Source of the DNA: Epiperipatus broadwayi
Taxonomy: Eukaryota > Animalia > Onychophora
DNA length: 64,000 nucleotides
Direction: 5' to 3'
NCBI GenBank assembly: GCA_028023455.1
Contig: JAQFVV010000011.1
Coordinates: 4,278,001 to 4,342,000 of the forward strand
Position 1 is the first letter of the stretch. The number at the start of each line of letters is the position of its first letter. Position numbers and translations under genes: made by a program. The notes below the pieces were generated by a model, which worked only from the letters and a program-made list of their open reading frames with translations, was not told the origin of the DNA and searched no databases. Positions 12,890-24,005 of this stretch are shown piece by piece.

Positions 12890-14361
12890 AGATCATTTAT
12901 CTTGTTCACATGTGTATGGTCAGGTGTGTTGGTTATATGAGATAGAGTAGATAGTTGAAGGGAGCTTAAAAGTCTGGGTTCAAACCCCTATAATTGGATT
13001 TAAAATCTAAGCATATATGTATATTAATGTTGTAACTTCATTTAAAAAAAAAAAAAATCACATTTTTGCTCCTAAAAACATGTATGTAAACAAACACCAT
13101 AATATTTAAAAATTATCCTAAAATTTTAGAAATTTTTTTAATTCTCTATAAAAAAAAAATCTTTTTTTAAAATTTTGATTGATGATGATTGATTGCCAAA
13201 AGAATATTTGAAGCAGGTCAAAAATAATAAATTCAGCATTAAAATTCGAGATTGAAGTTTAAGTAATTTTAATATCATTTGCTATAGTAATACTGTTGCA
13301 TAAGGTTATTAAATCATCATCAACCTGCAAATACGTCATGAAGTTTTTATTTTGCATGGTAGGATTAAGCAAACTTTTTAATATTATGTGTAGATGCACT
13401 TACACACGTTTATATATACGCATTAATCCATCATTACAAATACGTACTGTTTTAATTGTAAATAATCCTATCCTGGCCATCTCTTTGTTTAAAAATTGTC
13501 ATATCAATTTATAAGATGAACCAAATGTTACGAACATACTGAATAGTATAATTAGATTTTGCTTCACTTTCATTTTTTTTTTTGTTAAGAATTATTTGCT
13601 ATTGTTTTTTTGTTCTCCTTCATATGTCTATCTAAAAATAATAAGTAGCTTGTTTAAAAATATATGCCTCTTAAATGTTCAACTATTTTAATGCAAAATA
13701 TTTCAATCCATTCATTCATTGTGTAGAAAAGGAGTGGGGGAATTAAGCTTCTCACGTTTACTTAAAAATTGACATCGGATTTTCTAACAGATGAAATATA
13801 TCCATATATATAAAAAAAGATAATGTGACGTAATTTTTTAACGAAAAAAGAAGTCAAACCTTCAGCGGAAGAATGCTTGTTGTATTTGAAGTAATCTTTT
13901 TATAATGCTTTTTTTTTTTTTTTTTGAGTAATATTAACTTTTATATTGTATTAAAAAAGCAATTGAAAGTTATTTTTATAATTCATTTTGTAATTTAAGA
14001 TAATCTAAAAATCACTTATAGTTTTATGAATTGTTAGTAAAAAACATTGATTTTATTTGTTTATGCAAGATTATTTCTGTCATTTGGGACTGAATATTGT
14101 ATAGGATTATTAGGATGGTATTAAAGATTTTGATGATTCTGCAACTGTCTTGTACAAACTATTGAATGCTAATTAAATACAATAGATAGATATTAGTAGA
14201 TTATTAATAAAAGCTTCTTGAATAGCTTAGTATAGTGTTAAAATAATGGAATCTCTATAGAACTAAAGATCTATGGTTCATGACTCTTGTCCCATTCGCT
14301 GCTTGGACTTTATGCAGCCCTGCTCAAGGTCCATAATGGCAATTTTGCGCTGCCAATCATT

Positions 14362-14620
14362 TTTAATACAGGGCAAAACTCCATACAGTAGGGTCACTCA
14401 GTGCAAGCCAATGTAATGAATGGATGTAAAATTTGTGCATAAAATCCCTATCTAGGGTCTGCTCGTCTAATATCCCCAAATTAGCTTTTAGTTTGTAGCT
14501 TTCATCAGTGAGGAGCCTTAAATCTGAGAGCACTGCGCCTAGATCTTAGCATCTAATGCAACCCTCCAGCAGCTGTCTTTTACCTTTTTAGCTGACTATA
14601 AAGCTTTCAGTTTGATCTTT
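14362..14620 (-). mobile_element. Family A HHR element, solo decayed copy
   Basis: Aligns to the family A antisense consensus (CTCCATACAGTAG...GTGCATAAAATCCCTATCTAG...TTCATCAGTGAGGAG...CTGAGAGCACTGC) with many substitutions. Confidence 0.75.
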
Positions 14621-15489
14621 AATGTTTGTCATTTTTTACTTAACATCATATAAATTTTTGTGCAAGAAACATTATTATTGTTATTATTAGTGTAAATTGT
14701 AATACCATATTATAGTTTGGTAGAATACCCAACTTGAAATGGGAGATCCCAGGATCGATTCTGGTGCTCAAATTTCTTATGAACTCCCAGGCAGTAAAGC
14801 TATATTCTTCTTCTTTATAGCTTGTAAATAAAGTTATAACATAGTATCACTATGTCTAAGCTGTACTGAATATTTAATTGCTATCATCTTTAGACAGAGT
14901 ATATAAGAACTATAAATATAATTTTTGATGGTCATTAGATTTAACATTTTTCGACTTTTTATGGGTTTTTTCAAGAATGCAAATCAAAAGATAGCACTTA
15001 GAAAGGCATGGAAGAAATGCTTCACCATTTTAGATATGTGAGAATCATTGAAAATATATAAAATCTAAAAAAAATTTTTTTTTAAATAGGTTTAGTGATT
15101 GTATGTAGAATATGTTCAAAATTTGGAAAGCAAAACAAAATTTTCGCAACTTTGTATTTTTAGCCCCCCCCAATTATTGGTCTTAAAAAAATATTTGACA
15201 GTAAATTTGCAATCTAAGTAATATAAACATTTGAGAATTTAAATAAAGCAACATTTTATTTACACATTTAACAAAATAGGGTCTTCATGTTTGTCACAAC
15301 TGGTTGCATTTCTGCTAAGAAATCAAATATTTTGAAACGCAAGCTTAGTGAATACAAATATTTAATTTTACAGAAATAAAAATAAATTATGTCTAAAGTT
15401 ATATTTTTCAATTTCTCAAAAATCAAAATCAATTTAAAAAAAAAAAACATTGCATAAATGCACTGAATAATTTATAATTATCAATAAAG

Positions 15490-15830
15490 CAAGTCATATG
15501 TAACATGACATTACCTTTATAAGCTTGTATTTACAAAATGAAATACAGAGAGCATACCAATAGCTCAAACAAGTTCTTAATTGACAAATGCGGTAAGTGA
15601 ATCCCCAGACCAATTAGATTCGAGATTATGGCTCACCTCAGTGAGGAGCTAGAATATTCAGACACTAGATCCAAAATATCAACTCAAAACCCAGCACTTA
15701 TTTTATACGTAATATTTAAGTAGAAACTCTTAAGTTTTCGGACATGAAAATGTCTTTTGTTTCCCCTACCTAACTTAAATAGCTGTATGGGACTGAACTA
15801 AATTCAGATATACCATACATTAGTAACCTC
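15490..15830 (-). mobile_element. Family D-related HHR element, solo decayed copy
   Basis: Shares GACTGAACTA..TTCAGATA.ACCATA and the tail (AAGCTTGTAT.TACAA) with 50412-51059; degenerate HHR at ~15602-15647 (ctcctca CTGAGGT...GAATC...GTC tgggga on the minus strand). Confidence 0.65.
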
Positions 15831-16838
15831 GGCATAATAATATGACCTTTGAACTCCTTGAATTACCATGTAACTGAAAGATTAACATCAGCCAGAGATA
15901 TTTAGTTTGTTATTGCCCTCAAATAATGTAAAACTGTAAAATGATCATTACAATTAGCCAAAGTAAGCACTCTAAGAGCCTGGTTGCAGTTACCATTGCA
16001 ATGTATTGTTAGAATTGCAGATAAAGTTAATCTGTTATATCCTTAAGAAAGGCTGTAGTTTTAGCTAAAACAGCAAATAAAATACAATCACTTGAAAGTG
16101 CAAAAAAGAGTTGTGTATTATATTTACATTGTTTAAATATTACTAAATTATTTAATTTTAAAAATTCTTCATTATATCATAAAAGGTAAAAGAAATGATG
16201 ACCCAAGAAACTAGAATGTTGAATAATAGTAAATTACATGGTCAGAACTATTATATTTAAACATTAATTATTCATCACATTTTTAAGAATGTAATTAAAT
16301 AAAATAATTAATTGTATTTAGTGTTTAAATTTCAAATTTATTTTTATGCTTAAGTTTCTGCATTAACTACTTGTATTTTACCTTTTCCTATATATATATT
16401 TAACCTTTTTATGTCCCATGCATAGATTTAATATAATTAACAGCTATCCTTCAATTAGTGGTTGAACAATTTTGTAATCAACTATCATTTTATATACCTT
16501 CAAAAATATTCTGTTGTAGATAATTTCTTATGATTGTGCACTGTTATTTGTGTTTAAAAGTATTTTCAATTTGTTTCAAAAATATCTACAATTAAAAAAA
16601 ACAAGTTAACAAACCATTTCAAATTGCAATGAACTGAAATTTAATTACTGCCCCATGATACCATTTTAAAAGCTTAGATTAATAATCTAGGTTTATTAGC
16701 TAAATATCAGGAAATTTACATGAAATATTAAAATTATTTTGTCTAACAATAATCTAAATACAGCTTTGTAAAATGTCCTGTCCATTTAAGATTATTTTTC
16801 AGTGGTCGGTGAAATTTTTCCCCACAAGTACACATTAA

Positions 16839-17120
16839 ACAGGCTAAAACTCTCCATATAGTAGTGCCTCCTTGTGCTAACCAGAATAATCAATGGATGC
16901 CAGAAGGCTTGTGCATAAAATCCATATCTAGTGCCTACTCATCCAATATCCCCAGACTAGTTTCTGGCACTAGATAGGGATTTTATGCACACGCCTTCTG
17001 GCATCCATTGATTATTCTGGTTAGCACAAGGTGGCACTACTATATGGAGAGTTTTTGCCTGTTTAATAACAGTTATGTGTTAGCATGAGAAGGTGATCAT
17101 GTGATGTTTAGTGGTTTACA
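16839..17120. mobile_element. Family A fold-back insertion
   Basis: Antisense arm to ~16967 joined through GGC microhomology to a sense arm with tail; 10-bp TSD TACACATTAA at 16829-16838 and 17121-17130. Confidence 0.9.
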
Positions 17121-17542
17121 TACACATTAACTTAATTCACCACAGAACTTTGGTAAGAACAGCTTTAGCATTTGATGTAAGTCACTTAGTCATCCATAAA
17201 AAGTTCTATTATTTCTTGTCAGTTTTTATAATTTATCAATCCAATTACTAAACACCATTTTACCAAGCAGTCAGTATTTTATATATATATATATTTTTGT
17301 CTATCTGTCTGGATAAAATCTTACAACTCAAATTTCACTCACTTCTGATTTAGCTAAAATTTTTACATTCATAAGTATTCCTGATGACAGTATTTTTTTT
17401 TTTAGACTTAAGAAATAATTTTAGCAAAAAATTAGTGAAAATTTTTATTAAAAGAAAAATACATGAATTTTTATTCATGAAGAGTTAACAGTTTATACTT
17501 CTCATATATTAAATGTAACAGATGAAATACGTGCGCTTATAT

Positions 17543-17754
17543 GCATTAATAGAGAAGTTTATTAGTTCTATAAAAATTATATTGCTGAGCACTTTTGAGA
17601 ACTTATAACTTTTCATATTCATCTCCATTATTTATCAACGTTATCTTGCTATGAATATGAGAGCATTATAAGTTCTCGAAAGCGCTCAATCATATGTTTA
17701 TAGAATTAATAAACTTCTCTACTAATGCAATACTAATAAACTTCTCTATTAATG
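17543..17754. repeat. Fold-back / MITE-like hairpin with ~80-bp arms
   Basis: GCATTAATAGAGAAGTTTATTAG...CATATTCAT is inverted at ~17651-17728; the outer 21 bp of the right arm is duplicated. Confidence 0.7.
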
Positions 17755-18159
17755 TGTATAAGTGCATATATTATAACTTTTATTCATGGCGATGCGATGA
17801 AGTGTGTGGGGGGAGGTGGCACTATAAAGTAAAAAGTACATTTTCTACACCCGCTGTATTTTTAGTATGCTACAAAAGTGTGGGGTGAAGAATATTAAAT
17901 TTAAAATTGTTCTTGCTAGATAAGAAGCATATAAAAATTGATAGAAAGTATAACTAAGATTATTTCCAAACATGATCGCTCCATGCTTTTATTTTTAGTC
18001 GTATAATATCAAAAAAATTATGAAAGCTGAAGAAAATTTATTTTGTACTTTTTAGTGCATATAATATGCATAAAGGTATTTCTTTAAATATATATATTAT
18101 TTTACTTGAAAATTGATAATCAATAAACACATGCTTGCCTGAAGAATAGTATTGTAGGT

Positions 18160-18661
18160 TGGACTATTTCCATCATTCATTATTAAATGTTGAATGTCTA
18201 GCAAATTTTAAACTTTTCCAAATACAGACAACTGTTAGTAATAATACACAGGTTAGTAATTACACAGAATTTTGAATGGTATTATTTTTTACCCTTCTTC
18301 AGGTGTTTCTAGCCTGACCCATGGCAGTGCTAGCATAGGAGTTAAACTTACACTTTCAGATTTTTGAATATGGAATTTTAAGGCGACACTCTAACCAACT
18401 GACTGTTGCCTTTGACAGAATAGCTCAGTTGGTTATAGTGTTGCCTTAAAATTAGATATTCAAGAATCTAATGGTTTAAGTTCGATTTCTATACTAGCAT
18501 TGCCACTAATCAGGCCAGTAACACCTGAAAAAGACTGGAGAATAATACTATTCGAAATGTACAAACCTGTGTTGTCTACTAATGTGTGTTATCTACTAAC
18601 TTGTGTATTGTTACTGTTATAAATATTTGGAAAAGTTTAAATAAATGATGAAAATAGTCCA
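18160..18661. mobile_element. Family C fold-back: non-coding derivative of the Penelope 3' region (tRNA-like segment plus degenerate HHR)
   Basis: ~250-bp inverted arms. The right arm aligns with 33958-34236 (CTGTTGCCTTTG.CAG.AT.GCTCA.TTGGT, CAAGAATCTAA, CAGGCCAG.AACA.CTGAA.AAG, GATG.AAATAGTC). Confidence 0.8.
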
Positions 18662-19053
18662 CCACAGATGAGCACGTTTCCTCACTGAAATAAGTCTCAA
18701 AATTTTCATAAAGCTGTTCTTAAAATATTCTCAATAATATTTTACAAATTATAAATAACAAAATTCATAAACTTTTTTGTGAAATATCTTTTCTAAAGAG
18801 AAAAATGCAGACATCAAACAATTATGAAAATTTTAAAACAAAATTACAATTAGATTGAACTGATGTTCATAAGTTTTATGTCACTACTCCTACCCTCACC
18901 CCCCAAAATAAACAAATCTCAACTATCTGGTAATTGCCAAATTATCTCCTTAGTTCCAGTTTTATTAGTATAATATACTTCTACCAAAGAAATAAAGTTC
19001 TCTCTCTCTTTATATATATATGAATAGTTTTTTCAAAACAAAATTATTACAAT

Positions 19054-19384
19054 GGTCTGTGCTAATAGCTCTAACAAGCTTATTGATAAATAAATGCCAG
19101 AAAAAGAAAGCATTTTAAAATCTATCTAGAAACCACACCTTAACTTCAGACTAATGGTTTCATGCTTTGGCACTCCTCAGTGAGGCACTAGGATAGTTTC
19201 AGATACAGTACTAGGATCTAAAAAGCAAGAAACTATTGGTCTGAGATTAGGGTTTGGTTTCTAGATAGAGATTTTTAAATGCTTTTTCTTGCTGGCATTT
19301 ATCAATAAGCTTTTTAGAGCAATTAGCAGAACTCATTTTTTATTTACAAGCTTAAAAAAAGATTAGGTCATGTGATATATGACT
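19054..19384. mobile_element. Family D-related fold-back insertion
   Basis: Arms ~19056-19161 and ~19229-19330; tail on the right arm (TACAAGCTT...GTCATGTGATATATGAC); 12-bp TSD AATTATTACAAT at 19042-19053 and 19385-19396. Confidence 0.85.
19146..19183 (-). ncRNA. Putative hammerhead ribozyme, family D-related
   Basis: Minus strand reads tca-CTGAGGA-gtgc(caaa)gcat-GAAAC-catta-GTC/tga: intact core, 4-bp stem II, GUC site. Confidence 0.65.
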
Positions 19385-20346
19385 AATTATTACAATAATA
19401 TTTGTTTTATTTAAGACTCCTCTTTCAAGTCAGTAGCATAAATAGATGACTTCTTGATCTTTGACAAATTTCAGAGATGTATAAGAAATTAATTCATCAG
19501 GATGCCATTTCTTAAGAAGTTTCAATTCTGAGTTTATTGCAACAATGAAAAAAATTATTCAGATTTATTTCAAATATATTTTGTACATGATTTAATAGTC
19601 GTCCTCTATATAAGTATAGGTATTTGTATCAATTATGCGAGTGTCTAAAATATTGCAACACATTTTGTATTATGTATAGGTAAGTAGTGATTGAGCTAAG
19701 GCTTTTTTTTTGGGGAGGGGGGGGGAATACTATGAAAAAGCTATAAACAAGATGGTTTGAAAGAATGTATAGGGAGATCCTATATTGCAGTAGGAAAAGA
19801 AACAACTTTCAGAGAAATATTTTGTTTTACATAACTAGTCTTCAATCTTTAGATATATTAAATGATTTTTAAATGATTAAAAATTAAGTATTTGACCTAT
19901 ACATTAAAAATAGACTTATATTTAAAATAAAAATCTATTATAATAATAAATATGCAGAATCATGTAAATGAATAAAATCTATTTTGAAATGTGTTACCTA
20001 AATAGTTGTTTATATGCTTGTGGAAGCATGAAGAATGTATTATTACTTATAAAACCAACATTCTGTCACTGAATTTTTTTCCTTAGTTGCTTTCTGATAA
20101 AAATAAAGTATTTTACAGATAGTAAATCTATATTATTTAAAATATAAGAAAGTATTTATATTGTGTTATGATTAAATGATTTTTAATTTTAATAAGTTTA
20201 ACAATAAATGGAAGTGGTTAATGTATTATATAGTATATGGATAAGTCTTATTTTGAACTTCATTTTAATTAGAATAAAAACATATTAATTTGCTTATATT
20301 TGTATTATTTCTTATTAAAGTAAATAATGTTATATATAATAATATT

Positions 20347-20808
20347 TTAAAACAGGCAAAACTCTCCATATAGTAGTGCCACTCAGTGCCAACCAGAGTA
20401 ATCAATGGATGCCAGAAGGCTTGTGTATAAAACCCCCATCTAGTGCCTACTCATCCATATCCCCAGACTAGTTTCTGACTTGTGGCCTTCATCAGTGAGG
20501 AACTTTGGATCTGAGAGCACTGCACCTAGATCTTAGGATCTAATGCCACCCTCCAGCAGCCACCTTTTATCTCTACTTAACTACAAAACTATGAAAATAA
20601 AATCAAAAGCTCCTCACTGACAAAGGCCACAAGCCAGAAACTAGTCTGGGGTTGGACGAGTAGGCACTAGATCGTGATTTTATGCACAAACCTTCTAGCA
20701 TCCATTAATTACTCTGGTTGGCACTGAATGGCACTACTGTATGAAGAGTTTTGCCTGTTTAATAAGTTATGTGCTAGCATAAGAAATGGTGATCATGTGA
20801 TATGTAGT
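20347..20808. mobile_element. Family A fold-back insertion
   Basis: Long antisense arm 20347-~20600 and short sense arm ~20604-20808 with tail; no clear TSD. Confidence 0.9.
20461..20500 (-). ncRNA. Putative minimal hammerhead ribozyme, family A
   Basis: cctca-CTGATGA-a-ggc(cacaa)gtc-a-GAAAC-TA-GTC/tgggg with intact core. The + arm copy at ~20611-20651 has G8>A (CTGACAA). Confidence 0.65.
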
Positions 20809-21701
20809 TTTGATTAAGAATTTATATGTGGCGATAAATTTTGCAATAAATAATAAGTATTGGATAGATAACAGAAAGAGAAGACTTTTGCACTGTGGTA
20901 GTCTTTGATTGGATATTCTTGAGGGCAGAATACTGGGTCGGAGAGCAAGAAAAGCACTAAGATATTCATACATAGTGTGGATATGTAAATACATGTCAGT
21001 GGATATTTATGTGGAACTCTAGAGAAAAGTAGCAAGAGAATAATGTAATATAGTTTCTTCAAAATCATTCTGATGACTGTGTTACTAATGACGAAGTACT
21101 ATAAGTCGGCTAAGATCAAATGAAAACATTACTAATTAAAAGCATTCTTTTAACTACTGTAAAGATTTTAGAGTTTGGTTTCATGCTTGTGAGAAAATTT
21201 CATTTTACTAGTAATCTTTCCTTTTCTGGAAGAACATTTCTGAAATGTCGCAGAATTTATGTCGAAATCTTTTATTTAAACATAAACACCACATACACAC
21301 AAACTACATACAGTGTAACTGACAAAAAAGGAATATATGGATATATACTTTATAGGATAACTTTCTTGACTGAAAGCTTATTGCAGTATATAGATAGTGA
21401 TATTAGACCAAGCAATAATGTTGTAGATAATATCTTGCCATGCTTATGTGTAACCTATATGAATTTCGGGTTAAATATACCCAGTGCGAACATTTCACAA
21501 TAATAATGAAATGGCTTTATTACTTGAGAGTTCAAATGAAAAATTCTAGAGCCGGAAATCATAGCTAAACTGTGATCCATAGGTGTTGAGTTCCAGACTC
21601 TGCCACTTTAGTCATTGCATTAACCAGACAGGACATTCCACAATAAACAATAGAAGTCTGAATATTAATCCTAAAACATTTTATATGGATTCTAAAGTAA
21701 T

Positions 21702-22198
21702 AAACAGAGCAAAACTCTCCATACAGTATTGCCACCTGTGCTAAACAGAGTAATCAATGGATGCCAGAAGGCTTGTGCATAAAATCCCTATCTAATGCCT
21801 ACTCATCCAATATCCCCAGACTAGTTTCTGGCTTGTGGCCTTCGTCATTGAGGAGCTTTGGATCTGAGAGCACTGCATTTAGATCTTAGGATCTAATGCA
21901 ACCCTCTAGCAACCACCTTTTATCTCTACTTAACTACAAAACTATGAGAATGAAATTGAAAACACAAAAAATATTTTCAATCTAAGTTACTCTCAGATCC
22001 AAAGCTCCTCACTGACGAAGGCCACAAGCCAGAAACTAGTCTGGGGATATTGGATGAGTAGGCATTAGATAGGGATTTTATGCACAAGTCTTCTGGCATC
22101 CATTGATTACTCTGTTTAGCACAGGTAGCAATACTGTATGGAGAGTTTTGCTCTGTTTATCAACAATTAATGTGCTAGTATAGGAAATGTGATCATGT
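21702..22198. mobile_element. Family A fold-back insertion
   Basis: Long antisense arm to ~21990 and short sense arm ~21991-22198 with tail; 14-bp TSD GATT(C/A)TAAAGTAAT at 21688-21701 and 22199-22212. Confidence 0.9.
22006..22047 (+). ncRNA. Putative minimal hammerhead ribozyme, family A (best-preserved copy)
   Basis: tcctca-CTGACGA-a-ggc(cacaa)gcc-a-GAAAC-TA-GTC/tgggga: 6-bp stem I, 3-bp stem II, palindromic ACTAGT stem III, predicted cleavage after C22041. Confidence 0.75.
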
Positions 22199-22929
22199 GA
22201 TTATAAAGTAATGCTATCATAAACTAATGATTCATTATTATCTAGTTATGTGTGTGCCCCAAAATCAAAATTCAGCTTTTAAATCTTATAAAAATTCTTT
22301 AATGAACATGTTGGTTTTTTTTTTATGGTAAGTGGGAAGCATCACATAATAATATGGGTTTTCTTTCTATTTTTATGGAATTGATTTTTGTTTTATGACG
22401 TAGGATAGACATTGTTAACTTCAATGTTTTATAACTTTTTACTGCATTCTTCACCTTAATAACAATTTTAATTCCTTTTTATATGCAACAAATTAAAAAT
22501 ACTGTATTCATATGGAATTACTTATTATAATTATTAAATTCTACTGCAGAAAGTTTACTCTTAATTGAAAGGAGACCTTATGATTCTTTTAGAGGCCTTA
22601 AAAGGCAAAATTTTAATCCCTACTCCATATATCCTTGAAATTGTGCCTGTTATTAAACAAGCATGAATGAGTTGTGTAGTGGGTTTACTGGCTTTCTATG
22701 TCTGAGTTTTAAGATCAATAAAACCATGATCTTTCTTCTTAGTTGTCTGATAGTTCTTAACTGAAATATCAATTGACATGACAGGTTGAATCTGTAAGTG
22801 AATGATTTCTTTCTTTCCATATAGGTATTAACAATCATAATGGATAAAACTAATTTATGATCCTTATTTCCAGGAGACTAAATCATTAGTCAATGCGATG
22901 GTTGGCTACCAAAGGTGAGGGTGATATAT

Positions 22930-23660
22930 GTATATTAAATGCTACCTACCGCTAACTAGTAATTATAAATAAAACCACTAAACATCACATGATCACCATC
23001 TCATGCTAGCACATAACTGTTAGTAAACAGGCAAAAATTCTCCATATAGTAATGCCACCTTGTGCCAACCAGAGTAATCAATGGATGCCAGAAGGCTTGT
23101 GCATAAAATCCCTATCTAGTGCATACTCATCCAATATCCCCAGACCAGTTTCTGTGTGGCTTTCGTCAGTGAGGAGCCTTGGATCTGAGAGCCTGCACCT
23201 ATATCTTAGGATCTAATTATAAATAAAATAGAAAATGATATATCATTACAGTACTAGCTAAAACAATAAAATTTTAGTAAAATTTCTTCCATGATCTCAT
23301 TTTCATCTATTAAAAAATAGATCTTTTCAAGTGAAATTCAACAAGATACATACAACACATAAATACAAAACAAAATAGCCTAACCATTATTCACTTCAAA
23401 AATCAACTTCCTTTAACATCAGAGGATGATTGATGGCCTCAGATTCAAGAAAATTTATTATCAGAGTAAAAATAAAAAGAAGAGTAAAAGAAACTAGTAA
23501 TAAATTTTCTTGAATCTGAGGCAATCAATCTCATGAAGACATCCTCTGATGTTAAAGGAAACTGATTTTTGAAGTGAATGATGGAGAGGCTGTTTTGTTT
23601 TGTATATATGCTGTATATATTTCATTGACTAGTATTGTAATGATATATGATTTTCTATTA
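22930..23660. mobile_element. Family B fold-back element, its left-arm tail interrupted by a family A copy
   Basis: Arms ~23229-23460 and ~23497-23660 are inverted (TTCACTTCAAAAATCA..TTCCTTTAACATCAGAGGATG). 22930-22974 matches the family B tail seen at ~31040-31085 and ~40395-40435. Confidence 0.75.
22975..23213 (-). mobile_element. Family A solo insertion with tail
   Basis: Aligns to the family A antisense consensus; 15-bp TSD TAATTATAAATAAAA at 22960-22974 and 23214-23228; HHR stem II region partly deleted. Confidence 0.9.
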
Positions 23661-23752
23661 TATATAGAGAGAATGAGAATCTCATGATTGCAGATCACTT
23701 GAGGTGAATGAAGATTGCATGAATTGAAAAAACTATCATTTAATGAGACATT

Positions 23753-24005
23753 AAACCACCAAACATCACATGATCACCATTTCTTATGCTTGCTCATAAC
23801 TGTTATTAAAACAGGCAAAACTGTCCATACAGTAGTGCCACTCAGTGCAAACCAGAGTAATCAATGGGGCTTCTCACTGATGAAGGCCACAAGCCAGAAA
23901 CTAGTCTGGGGATATTGAATGAGTAGGCACTAGATAGGAATTTTATGCACAAGCCTTCAGAAATCCATTGATTATTCTGGCTGCGGTATGGAGAGTTTTG
24001 CCTGT
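23753..24005. mobile_element. Family A fold-back insertion inside the RTE endonuclease region
   Basis: Short antisense arm with tail 23753-~23867 and long sense arm ~23869-24005; 14-bp TSD TTTAATGAGACATT at 23739-23752 and 24006-24019. Confidence 0.9.
23871..23912 (+). ncRNA. Putative minimal hammerhead ribozyme, family A
   Basis: ttctca-CTGATGA-a-ggc(cacaa)gcc-a-GAAAC-TA-GTC/tgggga; predicted cleavage after C23906. Confidence 0.75.

Larger units (their letters stand above)
11965..13016. mobile_element. Family F hammerhead-bearing fold-back retroelement, interrupted by a hAT MITE
   Basis: Left arm 11965-12097 plus 12547-~12725 is inverted relative to right arm ~12730-12990. 15-bp TSD ATGTATATTAATGTT at 11950-11964 and 13017-13031. 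Homologous to 56584-57031. Confidence 0.8.

Noticed and set aside
13826-13833. CRE/ATF-like site TGACGTAA as part of a kinase promoter
   Set aside because: A single 8-mer is expected by chance; no supporting exon or start site identified.
14710-14770. Possible tRNA-derived SINE head (TAGTTTGGTAGAA...GGATCGATTC)
   Set aside because: Single short degenerate match with no second copy in the window; too weak to call.
19650-19686. Candidate PRKX first exon ending ATAG|gtaagt at 19679
   Set aside because: Correct phase, but an in-frame TAA lies ten codons upstream and HFVLCIG does not resemble kinase subdomain I entry.
20880-21660. 127-aa ORF and neighbouring short ORFs as a gene or piggyBac remnant
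   Set aside because: No recognisable motifs in any frame examined; composition consistent with chance ORFs or an unidentifiable old TE.
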